DNA of 34,408 nt from Eudoraea sp. (GCA_024642325.1 JAHEBI010000001.1:1-34408), one strand, 5' to 3'. Positions 7,577 to 18,464 are shown, numbered from the stretch's first letter. The notes: generated by a model from the sequence alone, not told the origin. Made by a program: numbers and translations.

Positions 7577-10012
7577 TTATTCAGTTCTCAAACTCTTTAC
7601 AGGGTTAGCCATCGCAGCTTTAATACTTTGGTAGCTTACAGTAATAATTGCAATGCTCACTGCAAGAAGAGTCGCCAAAACAAAAACCCACCATCCAATT
7701 TCAATGCGATAGGTGAAGTCTTCCAGCCATTTATTCATGACAAACCATCCTATAGGCAGCGAGATAAGAATGGCCAGGGCCACCAACTTAAGAAAGTCCG
7801 ATGAAAGACCAAAAGTGATTTGACCAACACTGGCTCCCAGCACTTTTCGTATACCGATTTCTTTGGTGCGTTTCTGAGCATTAAAGGCTGCCAGGCCAAA
7901 CAGCCCCAAACAGGCAATCAATATGGATAATATCGTAAATACCATAAATATTTTACCTAATCGTTGTTCGGCCTCATAGGTTGTATTGAAAGATTCATCC
8001 ATGAAACTATAGCTAAAAGGTTGTCCCGGTGCCACTTCGTTCCATATCCGTTCGACATTTGCGATGGTATTCGAAAAATCCCCGGCTTTAAGTCGAATGG
8101 CCATATTTCCTGTAGTATTATTCAGGAAAAGACCCAGGGCTCCAATATTTTCCCGTAACGATTCATAATGAAAGTTTTTGACTACACCGATAACGGTATA
8201 GAATTCTGGTCTTTCCTGCTCAATGTCCTGTGAAAGTCGCATCCCTAAAGCCTCTTGGGGGCCAACACCCAAAACAGCCAAAGTGGCTTCGTTTATTATT
8301 ACTGCTGTTGAGTCCGTAGTAAATTGACGGTCAAAATTTCGGCCGGTGACAAGCTTCATATCCAGGGTCGCCATGTAATCATGGTCTACATCCCAGACCT
8401 CTAACTGAATTGCATTTTCCTGGTTCATAGCACCTTCTCTAAAGTAAGAACCGTTGGAACGCGAAGATGGGGTTGGCAAAAAATTACTTAGAGTCGCGTT
8501 TTCCACCTGACCCAGTTTAAGTACTTCTTCTTTAAAGGATTGAACCTGATTTCCTGCCGCATAAGTGTCATCAATAAGCACAACCTGATCTTTGGTATAG
8601 CCAAGGTCTTTACTTTGGATGAATTTCAATTGTTGAAAAACGACCAAAGTGCTTATGATCAAAAAAACAGAAATGGCAAATTGGAAAACAACCAGGGAGT
8701 TCCGGATATTTCTTCCTCCAACACTGTTTTCTCCAGATCCTTTGAGTACGGTAACCGGCATAAAACGTGACATAAAAAATGCCGGGTAACTTCCCGAAAA
8801 AAGGCCCAATACAATTGTCGAAGACAGTAAAATTACCCAGAAAAGTGGATTTGAATAAGGTATGGAAACCAACTTTCCTGAAAGTTCATTAAAAAAGGGA
8901 AGTGCTACTATGGCTATGATCAGGGCCAGGATCAATGAAATAAAGGAAATAAGACCCGATTCTGTTAAAAATTGCCGAATCAAATCCAGCTTGTTGGACC
9001 CCAGGGTTTTTCGGATACCCACTTCTTTTGCTCTTTTTAGAGATTGGGCCGTGGAAAGGTTCATAAAATTCACACTGGCCAGTACCATAAGAAACAGCCC
9101 GATAAACGAAAGGATATAAACGTTTTGAATACTGCTGTTAGCACTCATTTCAGATTGACGATTGGTGGAATTTAAATGAATGTCGGTCAATCCGATGGTA
9201 TGATAGCGCACATAGTTACCTGCCGCTTTGAATGATTCCTCGGTTATTCCGGGAAAATAATCCTGTGCCCAAGGAAGCAGGTATTTTTTGAACATGCCCT
9301 GCAGGGGTGACTGAAAATCCTTGACACTGGCACCGGGTATCAATTTAATAAATGTATAGTAGTTGGAATTACCCCAATTGTCCTCATGAGAGTCAGCATA
9401 TCCCGCCATCGCCATAAAAACAGTATGGTTCCGGAGAAAAGAATTTTTTGGCAAATCATCAATAACCCCGGTAACAGTATAGGTATCGGTATTGTTCAAC
9501 AACAAGTTTTGGCCCAGTGCATCCCGTATTCCAAAATGTTTCTCCGCGGCCGTCCTGGTCAGTACCAGCGTATTGGGTTGGGTTAATGCGGTCCTGGAAT
9601 CACCTACAAGTAAATCAATACCGAACATATCAAAGAAAGTAGAGTCCGCAAAAGTGACATTGAGTTCCTTGGAATTCAATTCTGTTCCACTCTTTTTAAG
9701 TAGCATGCTCCCCCTATCCCGAAACCTAACGGTCTTCTCCACCTGAGGAAAATCACTTTGCATAGCACCTGCCATAGGAGCGGCAACCTCAGTACCTTTA
9801 ATTTCAGCACCCCCAAATTTAATATCCGAGTCAATTCGGTAAATGCGGTCTGCATCGGCAAACATATTGTCGAAAGTCAGTTCATCATAGAGGTACAGAG
9901 CAATTAATAAACCACCTGCCATTCCTATGGCAAGGCCGAAAGTGTTTAAAAATGTAAAAAAGGGTTGCTTTTTAAGAGATCTCCAGGCAATTTTTATGTG
10001 GTTTTTGAGCAT
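7577..10012 (-). CDS. ABC permease, duplicated MacB_PCD/FtsX type
   Basis: KIAWRSL start, NFMNLSTA..KRAKEVGIRK, ACLGLFGL..RTKEIGIRKVLGA and NPVKSLRTE end. Confidence 0.95.
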   Translation of the reverse strand: MLKNHIKIAWRSLKKQPFFTFLNTFGLAIGMAGGLLIALYLYDELTFDNMFADADRIYRIDSDIKFGGAEIKGTEVAAPMAGAMQSDFPQVEKTVRFRDRGSMLLKKSGTELNSKELNVTFADSTFFDMFGIDLLVGDSRTALTQPNTLVLTRTAAEKHFGIRDALGQNLLLNNTDTYTVTGVIDDLPKNSFLRNHTVFMAMAGYADSHEDNWGNSNYYTFIKLIPGASVKDFQSPLQGMFKKYLLPWAQDYFPGITEESFKAAGNYVRYHTIGLTDIHLNSTNRQSEMSANSSIQNVYILSFIGLFLMVLASVNFMNLSTAQSLKRAKEVGIRKTLGSNKLDLIRQFLTESGLISFISLILALIIAIVALPFFNELSGKLVSIPYSNPLFWVILLSSTIVLGLFSGSYPAFFMSRFMPVTVLKGSGENSVGGRNIRNSLVVFQFAISVFLIISTLVVFQQLKFIQSKDLGYTKDQVVLIDDTYAAGNQVQSFKEEVLKLGQVENATLSNFLPTPSSRSNGSYFREGAMNQENAIQLEVWDVDHDYMATLDMKLVTGRNFDRQFTTDSTAVIINEATLAVLGVGPQEALGMRLSQDIEQERPEFYTVIGVVKNFHYESLRENIGALGLFLNNTTGNMAIRLKAGDFSNTIANVERIWNEVAPGQPFSYSFMDESFNTTYEAEQRLGKIFMVFTILSILIACLGLFGLAAFNAQKRTKEIGIRKVLGASVGQITFGLSSDFLKLVALAILISLPIGWFVMNKWLEDFTYRIEIGWWVFVLATLLAVSIAIITVSYQSIKAAMANPVKSLRTE

Positions 10013-10022
10013 GATTTTTGTT

Positions 10023-12455
10023 TTATTCTGTTCGTAAACTCTTTACCGGGTTAGCAATAGCAGCTTTAATACTCTGGTAGCTCACCGTAAGAATGGCGAT
10101 GGCCACCGCCAATAAAGTGGCCAAAGCAAAAACCCACCAACCTATTTCAATCCGGTAGGAAAAGTCCTCTAACCATTTATTCATGGCAAACCACCCGATG
10201 GGCAGGGAAATAAGGATGGCCACCAGGACCAACCTGAGGAAGTCGGACGAAAGTCTGTATGTAATCTGACTCACACTGGCGCCCATTACCTTTCTGATAC
10301 CAATTTCCTTTGTGCGTTTTTCGGCATTGAATGCAGCCAGGCCAAATAATCCCAGACAGGCAATTAAAATTGAAAGTATTGTGAAGATGATAAAAATTCG
10401 ACCTAAGCGTTGTTCTGACTTATAGGTGTTATTAAAAGAATCTTCCATAAAATAGTAGGCGAAAGGCTGTCCCGGAGCGACCTTATTCCAAATCCCCTCA
10501 ATGCTTTTTATTGCATTGGTAAAGCTTCCTTTTTCTAATTTTATGGCCAAGGAATATGCAAAATCACCCAAATGCATGCTCAAAGATTCAATTTCGTCTC
10601 TAAAGGGAGAGAAATGAAAATCCTTTACAACTCCAATTATTTTAAAGTACGTGGGGTTCTCAGATCCCATATCCGGAGTGTAGCTTAGCCCCAATGCTTC
10701 TTCAGGTTTTACCCCCATTACAGCTACTGCAGATTCATTGACAATGATACTTGTGGAATCACTTTTAAAATTCCGATCAAAATCCCTGCCGGCAATAATC
10801 TGAAAATCCATTGTAGAGATATAGTCATAATCCACGCCCCACCTCTGCATGCTTACGGCATTCTCCTGATCTGTTGCTCCCTCAAGCGGTGCAAAAACAC
10901 TGTCAGATCTGCTTGAAGGCGTTGGGAAAAAACTACTCAGGGTTGCGTTAATAACAAAACCCAGTTTTTTCACTTCCTCTTTGAATGAATTAATCTGATC
11001 CCCAACCGTATAGACATCATCAACGATAAGCACCTGATCTTTTGAGAATCCCAGATCCTTATTTTGAATATATTCCAATTGCTGATAAACCACCAAAGTA
11101 CTTACCACCAAAAAAACAGAAATGGCAAATTGAAAAATCACCAATGCATTTCGCACCTTGCCTCCCCCCAGACTACCACTATCGCCCTTTAATACTTTTA
11201 CCGGAATAAACTTGGACATAAAAAATGCCGGATAACTCCCCGATAATAGCCCTAGTATAATGCCCGATCCAATTAAAATCAACCAAAAAAATGGATTCGT
11301 ATAGGGTATTGAAATATTTTTGTCTGCCAGCTCATTAAAGAATGGTAAAGCAATTACTGCAAATATTAGAGCCAGCAACAGAGAGCCAAAGGATACCAAA
11401 CCGGATTCTACCAGGAACTGTCTTATAAGTTCTCCTTTATTGGAGCCCAATGTTTTGCGAATACCTACTTCTTTAGCTCTTTTTAGAGAATGTGCAGTTG
11501 ACAAATTCATAAAATTAACGCAAGCCAAAACAAGGATAAATAAGGCAATAAAAGAAAGGATATAAATACTCTGAACATCATTATTTGCACTTATTTCAGC
11601 TACTCTGTGAGAATTTAAATGAATCGAAGTCAAAGGTATGGTGCTGTATTTTAAGTGGTTACCCGCTGCCTTAAACTGTTCTTCTGTGATGCCGGGCATG
11701 TATTGCTGCACCCCGGGAATAACATACTTGCCCAGAAAACCCCGTAAAGGTTCTTGTATATCTTCAATATCTGCAGTGGGAATAAGTTTTATATATGTTT
11801 GGTAATTATTGCTTCCCCAATTAACTATTCGTGAATCTTCATACCCGGCCATTGCCATAAAAATGGTATGATCCCTAAGGAATGAATTACTGGGAAAGTC
11901 ATCAATTACACCTGTTACCGTATAAGTTTCCTCGTTGTTCAATAAAAGGTTTTGACCCAGGGCCTCATTGATTCCAAAATGTTTTTCCGCCGCTGTTTTG
12001 GTCAGGACCAAAGTATTAGGCAATTTAAGTGCCGTTTTTACATCTCCTGCCAAAAGGTCTACTCCGAACATCTCGAAAAAAGTAGAATCCACATATGTAG
12101 CCTGCTCTTCTTTTATGTTTACCTCAGAATCAACTTTTCTAACTAAGGCACTACCCCTTGTTCTAAACCGGGTAGTTAATTCCACTTCCGAGAAATCATT
12201 ATCAATTGTTTCTGCCATCGGTGCGGGGGTTACCGCAAATTTTCGGTCCTCCCCACCGAATTTAATATCCGCATTAACCCTATGTATGCGATCTGCATCG
12301 GCAAACATTCTATCATAATTTAATTCATCATAGATATATAATGCAATAAGGAGAGCCCCGGATATCCCTATGGCCAGTCCAAAGGTGTTTAGAAATGTAA
12401 AAAAAGGTTGTTTTTTTAGACTTCTCCAGGCGATTTTTATGTGATTGTTGAACAT
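10023..12455 (-). CDS. ABC permease, duplicated MacB_PCD/FtsX type
   Basis: Same motifs; close paralog of 7577..10012. Confidence 0.95.
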   Translation of the reverse strand: MFNNHIKIAWRSLKKQPFFTFLNTFGLAIGISGALLIALYIYDELNYDRMFADADRIHRVNADIKFGGEDRKFAVTPAPMAETIDNDFSEVELTTRFRTRGSALVRKVDSEVNIKEEQATYVDSTFFEMFGVDLLAGDVKTALKLPNTLVLTKTAAEKHFGINEALGQNLLLNNEETYTVTGVIDDFPSNSFLRDHTIFMAMAGYEDSRIVNWGSNNYQTYIKLIPTADIEDIQEPLRGFLGKYVIPGVQQYMPGITEEQFKAAGNHLKYSTIPLTSIHLNSHRVAEISANNDVQSIYILSFIALFILVLACVNFMNLSTAHSLKRAKEVGIRKTLGSNKGELIRQFLVESGLVSFGSLLLALIFAVIALPFFNELADKNISIPYTNPFFWLILIGSGIILGLLSGSYPAFFMSKFIPVKVLKGDSGSLGGGKVRNALVIFQFAISVFLVVSTLVVYQQLEYIQNKDLGFSKDQVLIVDDVYTVGDQINSFKEEVKKLGFVINATLSSFFPTPSSRSDSVFAPLEGATDQENAVSMQRWGVDYDYISTMDFQIIAGRDFDRNFKSDSTSIIVNESAVAVMGVKPEEALGLSYTPDMGSENPTYFKIIGVVKDFHFSPFRDEIESLSMHLGDFAYSLAIKLEKGSFTNAIKSIEGIWNKVAPGQPFAYYFMEDSFNNTYKSEQRLGRIFIIFTILSILIACLGLFGLAAFNAEKRTKEIGIRKVMGASVSQITYRLSSDFLRLVLVAILISLPIGWFAMNKWLEDFSYRIEIGWWVFALATLLAVAIAILTVSYQSIKAAIANPVKSLRTE

Positions 12456-12525
12456 GATTATTTGTTTTTAAATTGATTCCTTATGGTTCCTTTTCCATAG
12501 TATTATGAAGGAGAAACAATCGTGA

Positions 12526-14925
12526 TTATTCCATACGTAAACTTTTGATTGGGTTTGCTCTTGCTGCTTTTATGGCCTGAAAACTTACGGTAAGCAAAGT
12601 AACCAGGACCGAACATATTATGGCCATTACAAATACCCACCAGGACATATCTACCCGGTATTCATATCCTTCCAACCAACCTCCCATAAAATAATGAGCA
12701 ACAGGAACCGCAATGGCACATGAAAAAACAACCAATACCACAAAATCTTTGGAAAGCATTTTCCAGACGCCATAAACAGTTGCACCCAGGACCTTTCGAA
12801 CCCCAATTTCCTTTGTGCGCTGTTCCGCGACAAATGAGGTTAACCCAAACAACCCTAAGCAACTTATAAAAATCGCCAAGCCTGTAAATACACTTGCCAA
12901 GCTGGCAATGCGTTCTTCAGATTGAAATTTTTCAGCATATTGTTCATCAACAAAATCATATTGCCAGGGAATATCAGGAAAATGCTCTCTAAAAACATTT
13001 TCAATTCGTTTCAGGTTTTCACTAACGCTTTTTTTAGGGTTAAGTCGCAGGATGTAATAACTCGATTCTCCGTCATTATCAAAGGCGTATACTCCCTGTT
13101 TTACCGGATCGTATGGCGATTGGGCAATCATATCTTCCACTACGCCTATAATTTGTCTGGGTTCTCCCGGATCCTCCTCGCCGCTATCCTTCAGGTATAA
13201 ACCTACCGGGTTGATCAGACCCATATATTTAACAGCGGTTTGGTTAATTAGCACTGCATTTGAATCTGAAGCAAACTCCTTTGAAAAATCCCTGCCTGCT
13301 ACTATTTTTAAATTGAGTGATCTGGCATATTCGTAGGAAACATTCGTCCAGGCAAAATCTTCCTGAAATCCTTCTGGTTTACCCTCCCAGGTATAACCAC
13401 TATAATTAGACCAAATTTGGGTTGTAGGACTGCTGGCAGATGACATTTCAACAATAGCATCTGAAGCCAAAAATTCGTTTCTCATTAATTCATATTTACC
13501 TACAAAATCCTGACTCATAGTAGGGATTTGGATCAATCCGTTTTTATCATAACCAACAGGCCTGTTCTTGGTATACCGTATCTGCTGCATAACTATAACT
13601 GTACCTATAATAAATGCCACAGAAACAGTAAACTGGAGTACCACCAGTATTTTTCGGGGTACAGCTGCAAATCTGCCGGCACGGAAGGTTCCTTTTAAAA
13701 CTTCTACCGGTTTAAAAGAGGACAGGTAAGCTGCAGGGTAACTACCTGCCAAAAGCGCCGTAAATACAATAAAGAGTATAGAGCTAGCCCAAAACAAGGT
13801 GCTTGTCCATGGAAAGACAATTTCTTTTCTCGCCAGGTCATTAAACCCTCCCAGACTTATTAGGACGAAAATAATGGCGAATACAAATGCCAACACAACC
13901 ACTAAAAAAGATTCGGATAAAAATTGATAAACCAACTGGCCCCTCTGAGATCCAATAGATTTGCGTATCCCTACTTCCCTGGCTCTCTTTTCAGATCGTG
14001 CAGTACTAAGGTTCATAAAGTTGATGCAAGCCAAAAGCAATACAAAGGCACCAATTATTCCAAATAGCCATACGTATTGAATTCTGCCACCCACCTGTTT
14101 GCCATTTGCAAAATTGGAACGCAAATGCCAGTCGTTCATCGGGAAAAGAAATAATTGGGGGTTGAATTCCTTTGAATTAGCTGAAATATCTTTTTTTACA
14201 TCCTTTATGGTTGAAGTTACTTTATCCATGCTGGTATTATCCGCGATTTGTACAAAAAGCTGAAAAGAATTATTGTCCCAATTATCTGCTGCGCTTTTTA
14301 ACCATTCAGAAGTAGTGATATAATGTTTCCATGGTGCAATAAATTCCAAATCTTTAAACGAATTATTAAAAGGAATATCCTCATAGACACCTGAAACCAT
14401 CATGTCATATTCGCTGTTAACCTCTACAACTTTACCTATTGGATCTTCAGAACCGAAGAGGGCATTAGCGGTTGAAGCCGAGAGCATTATTGAGTTAATC
14501 TCCCGTAACCCATCCTGTTCTCCCTTTAAAACATTTAAATTTAGCATTTCGGGTGCAGCTTCCTGCATGAAACTGCCTGTCCTGGAAATACTGGTTTCCT
14601 TGTATTTCAGATATTGAGAATTATTCCAGGATGACATTACAATGTGTTTGAAATTATCCTTATGGCCTTCGCGTATAGCCATTTCCAGTGGTCTGGGAAT
14701 AGCCGGGCCGGTATCTGTTTCTCCATTAAAAGTCTGGGACTGAAATACCTGGGCAATCTGGTCGTGATTTTTAAAATAGTTGTTAAAGGTTAGCTCATCT
14801 ATTACCCAAAGCGCAATTATTATCGTTACGGCCATACCCAGGGCAAGTCCGCCAATATTGATTACAGAATAAGCTTTGTTTTTTAGAAGATTTCTCCAGG
14901 CAATCTTTAAGTAATTCTTTAACAT
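12526..14925 (-). CDS. ABC permease, duplicated MacB_PCD/FtsX type
   Basis: KIAWRNL, ACINFMNLSTARSEKRAREVGIRK and SCLGLFGL..EQRTKEIGVRK; a more distant paralog. Confidence 0.95.
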   Translation of the reverse strand: MLKNYLKIAWRNLLKNKAYSVINIGGLALGMAVTIIIALWVIDELTFNNYFKNHDQIAQVFQSQTFNGETDTGPAIPRPLEMAIREGHKDNFKHIVMSSWNNSQYLKYKETSISRTGSFMQEAAPEMLNLNVLKGEQDGLREINSIMLSASTANALFGSEDPIGKVVEVNSEYDMMVSGVYEDIPFNNSFKDLEFIAPWKHYITTSEWLKSAADNWDNNSFQLFVQIADNTSMDKVTSTIKDVKKDISANSKEFNPQLFLFPMNDWHLRSNFANGKQVGGRIQYVWLFGIIGAFVLLLACINFMNLSTARSEKRAREVGIRKSIGSQRGQLVYQFLSESFLVVVLAFVFAIIFVLISLGGFNDLARKEIVFPWTSTLFWASSILFIVFTALLAGSYPAAYLSSFKPVEVLKGTFRAGRFAAVPRKILVVLQFTVSVAFIIGTVIVMQQIRYTKNRPVGYDKNGLIQIPTMSQDFVGKYELMRNEFLASDAIVEMSSASSPTTQIWSNYSGYTWEGKPEGFQEDFAWTNVSYEYARSLNLKIVAGRDFSKEFASDSNAVLINQTAVKYMGLINPVGLYLKDSGEEDPGEPRQIIGVVEDMIAQSPYDPVKQGVYAFDNDGESSYYILRLNPKKSVSENLKRIENVFREHFPDIPWQYDFVDEQYAEKFQSEERIASLASVFTGLAIFISCLGLFGLTSFVAEQRTKEIGVRKVLGATVYGVWKMLSKDFVVLVVFSCAIAVPVAHYFMGGWLEGYEYRVDMSWWVFVMAIICSVLVTLLTVSFQAIKAARANPIKSLRME

Positions 14926-14971
14926 GATTTAAATTTTGATGATGAATAAACTCGGGCAAAAGGGAATAAAG

Positions 14972-15685
14972 CTAAATCATAGCGCCCATGGCTCTGTTCT
15001 GGCTTTCAGTAACAATCTGACCATCAAAAAGATTGACGATACGATGTGCAAAATGGGAATCATGGTCTGAATGTGTCACCATGACGATGGTAGTGCCCTC
15101 CTGATTCAATTCTGTAAGCAGGTTCATTACCTCAAGGCCATTCTTTGAATCCAGATTACCTGTTGGTTCATCGGCTAAAATTAATTTTGGGTTAGTTACT
15201 ACTGCCCTGGAAATTGCCACCCGTTGTTGTTGACCTCCTGATAATTGTTGTGGAAAATGCTTTTCCCTGTGGGCAATTTTCATCCGTTCCAGGACCGCCA
15301 TTACCTTCTCCCTCCGCTCACTTTTACTCATCTTCAGATAAATAAGGGGTAGTTCCACATTCTCAAAAACCGTTAACTCATCAATAAGATTAAAACTCTG
15401 AAATACAAATCCAAGGTTGCCTTTACGCAATTGTGTGCGCTGCCTTTCCTTCAGGCCCGCTACTTCATGGCCGGCAAACTGATATCTGCCTTCTGTTGGG
15501 TTGTCTAACATACCTACAATGTTTAGTAAAGTGGATTTTCCGCAACCTGAAGGCCCCATAATTGCAACGAATTCACCTTCTTCTACATTAATATTTACAT
15601 TGTTTAAAGCAAGGGTTTCTACTTCTTCGGTTCTAAAACTCTTTTTTAAATTCTGGATTTGTATCATTTTTTGATTGTTTTTCAT
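14972..15685 (-). CDS. ABC transporter ATP-binding protein, MacB/LolD-like
   Basis: GPSGCGKST, LSGGQQQRVAI and ADEPTGNLD. The start may be the second Met (15667). Confidence 0.95.
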   Translation of the reverse strand: MKNNQKMIQIQNLKKSFRTEEVETLALNNVNINVEEGEFVAIMGPSGCGKSTLLNIVGMLDNPTEGRYQFAGHEVAGLKERQRTQLRKGNLGFVFQSFNLIDELTVFENVELPLIYLKMSKSERREKVMAVLERMKIAHREKHFPQQLSGGQQQRVAISRAVVTNPKLILADEPTGNLDSKNGLEVMNLLTELNQEGTTIVMVTHSDHDSHFAHRIVNLFDGQIVTESQNRAMGAMI

Positions 15686-15754
15686 TTTTTAATAAACATT
15701 GGACTATAATTCTTTACTATTCTGTAACAATTAAAATTTCATTTGATATTGCTT

Positions 15755-15795
15755 TGAACTGGTAGTCTTTTTCTAAAAGACTACCACAGAGTTCA
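15755..15795 (-). other. Intra-operon stem-loop
   Basis: Perfect 12-bp inverted repeat TGGTAGTCTTTT-TCT-AAAAGACTACCA (15760-15786) with an outer TGAAC/GTTCA extension; no U-tract in the transcribed direction. Confidence 0.65.
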
Positions 15796-15824
15796 TATGT
15801 TACATTTATTCTCAATCTGATAAA

Positions 15825-17075
15825 TTATTTTAGTACTACACGTTCTGCATCCCCAAAATTGTCATAATTACTGGTTATTACACTTTCACCATTCTGTAAT
15901 CCCTCCAGGACCTCATAGTACCGTGAGTTCTGTTTTCCTATGCGTATATTCCTTTTAATGGCTTCTCCCCCATCGGGGTTTACTACAAAAATCCATTGTC
16001 CCCCGGTGCTTTGAAAAAAGCTGCCTTTAGGCAGGAGCAACGCATCCGAGGATTCCCCCAGTTGTAACTTTATGTTATAGCTCTGGCCTGTTCTTATCGT
16101 TTCCGGTTTATCCCCGCTAAAAACAAGGTCTACCTTAAATTTTCCATTGCGTACTTCGGGATATACTTTTCGCAATCTCAATGGGTACTCATTTCCATTC
16201 CGCTCCAGGATAGCGGTCAAATCCCTTATGACCCGGTCTATATAATGTTCATCTATGGTGGCCTCGATTTTATAATCGGTCAGTACATTAATCTGCCCAA
16301 TACGTTCTCCCTGGGCAATGCTCTGACCAATTTCTGCATCCAAAAACCCTAATTGACCATCAGCCGGGGCACGCACATTTAATTGGTCTATTCGCTCATA
16401 TACCATAGACAAAGTTTTTTGCATACGCGCCAAATCGGTGTCCAGCCCTGATAAAGAAGTTATTCGCAATTCATCATCCTGCTGTGTTTGTAATTTGATA
16501 ATATCATACTGCCTTATGGAAAGCTCGTAATTTTCCTTAGAGGTAAGGTAGTCCTCCATTGATATCAATTCATCCTTGTACAAAGCCTCATTCTGTTCAA
16601 AATTCCTCTTTAAACGATGTAACTCATATTCTGCAGTAGCCAAAGATTTCTTTCCTTCCACCTGTCTTGAGTCGAAGGCCAGTTTGGTAGAACGCAGGTC
16701 ATTTTGCTTTAAAGCCAGATTACTTTCGCTGGCTAATATTTGTTCATACAATCCCCTGTTCTCCAACTTCAAAATAATGTCTCCCTTTTTTACCATAGCG
16801 CCTTCCTCAATCAACTTTTCAGTCACGCGACCTCCCTCATAGGCATCCATATAAATAGTTGCAATTGGCGCCACGTTTCCATTAATAGTGATATAATCAT
16901 CAAATTTGCCCTGCGTAACCTCCGCTATGGATAATTTTTCCTTTTCAGTTCTAAATGTGGATACCTGATTACTGAATATCATTTTCCATCCGGTAAAAAG
17001 CAATAGCAGGCCTAGTGCGATATAACCATAGTGTTTGGGCCGCAATCCTTTTTTCTTCTCCAGTTTTATGTCCAT
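15825..17075 (-). CDS. Periplasmic adaptor / membrane fusion protein (MacA/HlyD-like)
   Basis: N-terminal TM helix, lipoyl halves EGGRV..EEGAMVKKGDII and VRAPADG, a long coiled-coil hairpin and EVLEGL..GE.VI. Confidence 0.93.
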   Translation of the reverse strand: MDIKLEKKKGLRPKHYGYIALGLLLLFTGWKMIFSNQVSTFRTEKEKLSIAEVTQGKFDDYITINGNVAPIATIYMDAYEGGRVTEKLIEEGAMVKKGDIILKLENRGLYEQILASESNLALKQNDLRSTKLAFDSRQVEGKKSLATAEYELHRLKRNFEQNEALYKDELISMEDYLTSKENYELSIRQYDIIKLQTQQDDELRITSLSGLDTDLARMQKTLSMVYERIDQLNVRAPADGQLGFLDAEIGQSIAQGERIGQINVLTDYKIEATIDEHYIDRVIRDLTAILERNGNEYPLRLRKVYPEVRNGKFKVDLVFSGDKPETIRTGQSYNIKLQLGESSDALLLPKGSFFQSTGGQWIFVVNPDGGEAIKRNIRIGKQNSRYYEVLEGLQNGESVITSNYDNFGDAERVVLK

Positions 17076-17081
17076 CTTATT

Positions 17082-18440
17082 CTAATTATTTTGATTGATA
17101 TTGAATACAGGTAACCCATTATAGAAATCCAAAGTGCTTTTGTTTAAATAAAAACGGAGCAAAACCTGTAAATTTTCATTCTGGGCCGTTGCAAACAGAT
17201 TCTTTGCCTGTGTAAGATCCAGAACGCTTACCAGTCCTTTGTCATATCTTTTTTGTGCTATTGTAAATGCCAGTTCCTGGGCCTGTACTTTTTTCGCGCT
17301 TTGGGCAATCTCTACCTGCAGGGAATTATAATCCTGTATCAACTGCTGAATTACAAGGTACAATTCCTGTTCCTGGAGATCCAGATTGTTATCCGCTCGC
17401 ATCAATTCTATTTTTTGTTGTTTTACTCTGGACCGGGCGGACCATCCATTGAGTATGGGGATATTAAGAGAAAGTCCAATATATTTTGACGCGTTGTTTT
17501 TAAGTTGTTCCCTGAACGGAATTACAATTCCGGCATCATTGACAAATGTCTCAAAATAGCCTGTGCCATAACCGGCTGCCAAAGACAATCTTGGGTAATA
17601 GAGCCCCCTTGCAGCCGCCAGCTGTTTCTTGGCGGCCGCAGCCCTTAATTCCTGTGCCTTAATTATGGGGATAAAACTCATGGCGTTGTTAAAAATAGAA
17701 TCCTGATGGACTACCGTCACTCCCCGCTCTGTAAATTGATCATCCCTTATAAATGGTTCAAGAAGAATTGAAGATTCCCCAATAAGATTCATTTCCTGAA
17801 TAAGCTGCAGTTGTGCTTTTTGAAAATTATTCCGGCTTTGTGTAAGGGCCAGTTCATCTGTCAATAAAAGGGATTCTGCTTCATATACATCAGCGCCCGC
17901 CTTTAATCCCAGCTCTACCTGTCTTTTGACCAGATCAAAATTATTTTGTGAGATTTGTAATTGCTCCTGGGAAATGGTCAATAAGCCTTCAAAGAATTTA
18001 ATGTCGTAATAGGCTTTCATCACCCTGAATGCCAAAAGGAATTTTTGTTGTTCTACATCTTCAAGTGACGCGCTGTAAATCAATTTTGACGCCCTGATAG
18101 TGTTTATTTTCTGAAAACCCTGGAATAAATCTATAGTTGCCGTAAGGGAATAATTGTTGGCAAAAAAATCAGAATTAACAAAAATGTTGCTGTTGGGGTC
18201 CGCTGCACGTCCAAAACTTTGAAAATAATCCGTATAGCCATTTACAGATGGTAACAGGTTCCGGATAGACTGTTTATAGGTCTCTTCATTTGAGAACTCT
18301 GTATACTCAAAATCATTAAGGGATAGGTTGTGCTCAATGGCATAGGAAACACATTTGTCCAAAGACCAGGATTCCTGGGCAAAAGCCTGAAATGAAATAG
18401 CCGAAAAAAATAAAACCAGTATGCTAACCTTTGAGTTCAT
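17082..18440 (-). CDS. TolC-family outer membrane efflux protein
   Basis: Signal peptide MNSKV...AFA, WSL..CV.YAIEHN, two OEP repeats, YDKGL.S..DL..A. ATG 18440 is preferred to TTG 18458, which lies upstream of the predicted sigma54 transcription start. Confidence 0.93.
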   Translation of the reverse strand: MNSKVSILVLFFSAISFQAFAQESWSLDKCVSYAIEHNLSLNDFEYTEFSNEETYKQSIRNLLPSVNGYTDYFQSFGRAADPNSNIFVNSDFFANNYSLTATIDLFQGFQKINTIRASKLIYSASLEDVEQQKFLLAFRVMKAYYDIKFFEGLLTISQEQLQISQNNFDLVKRQVELGLKAGADVYEAESLLLTDELALTQSRNNFQKAQLQLIQEMNLIGESSILLEPFIRDDQFTERGVTVVHQDSIFNNAMSFIPIIKAQELRAAAAKKQLAAARGLYYPRLSLAAGYGTGYFETFVNDAGIVIPFREQLKNNASKYIGLSLNIPILNGWSARSRVKQQKIELMRADNNLDLQEQELYLVIQQLIQDYNSLQVEIAQSAKKVQAQELAFTIAQKRYDKGLVSVLDLTQAKNLFATAQNENLQVLLRFYLNKSTLDFYNGLPVFNINQNN

Positions 18441-18464
18441 ATAGTATTGGTATGCCAAATATAT

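Noticed and set aside
18443-18459. Second TTTGGCAT on the minus strand resembling a sigma54 -24 box
   Set aside because: There is no GC at the -12 position.
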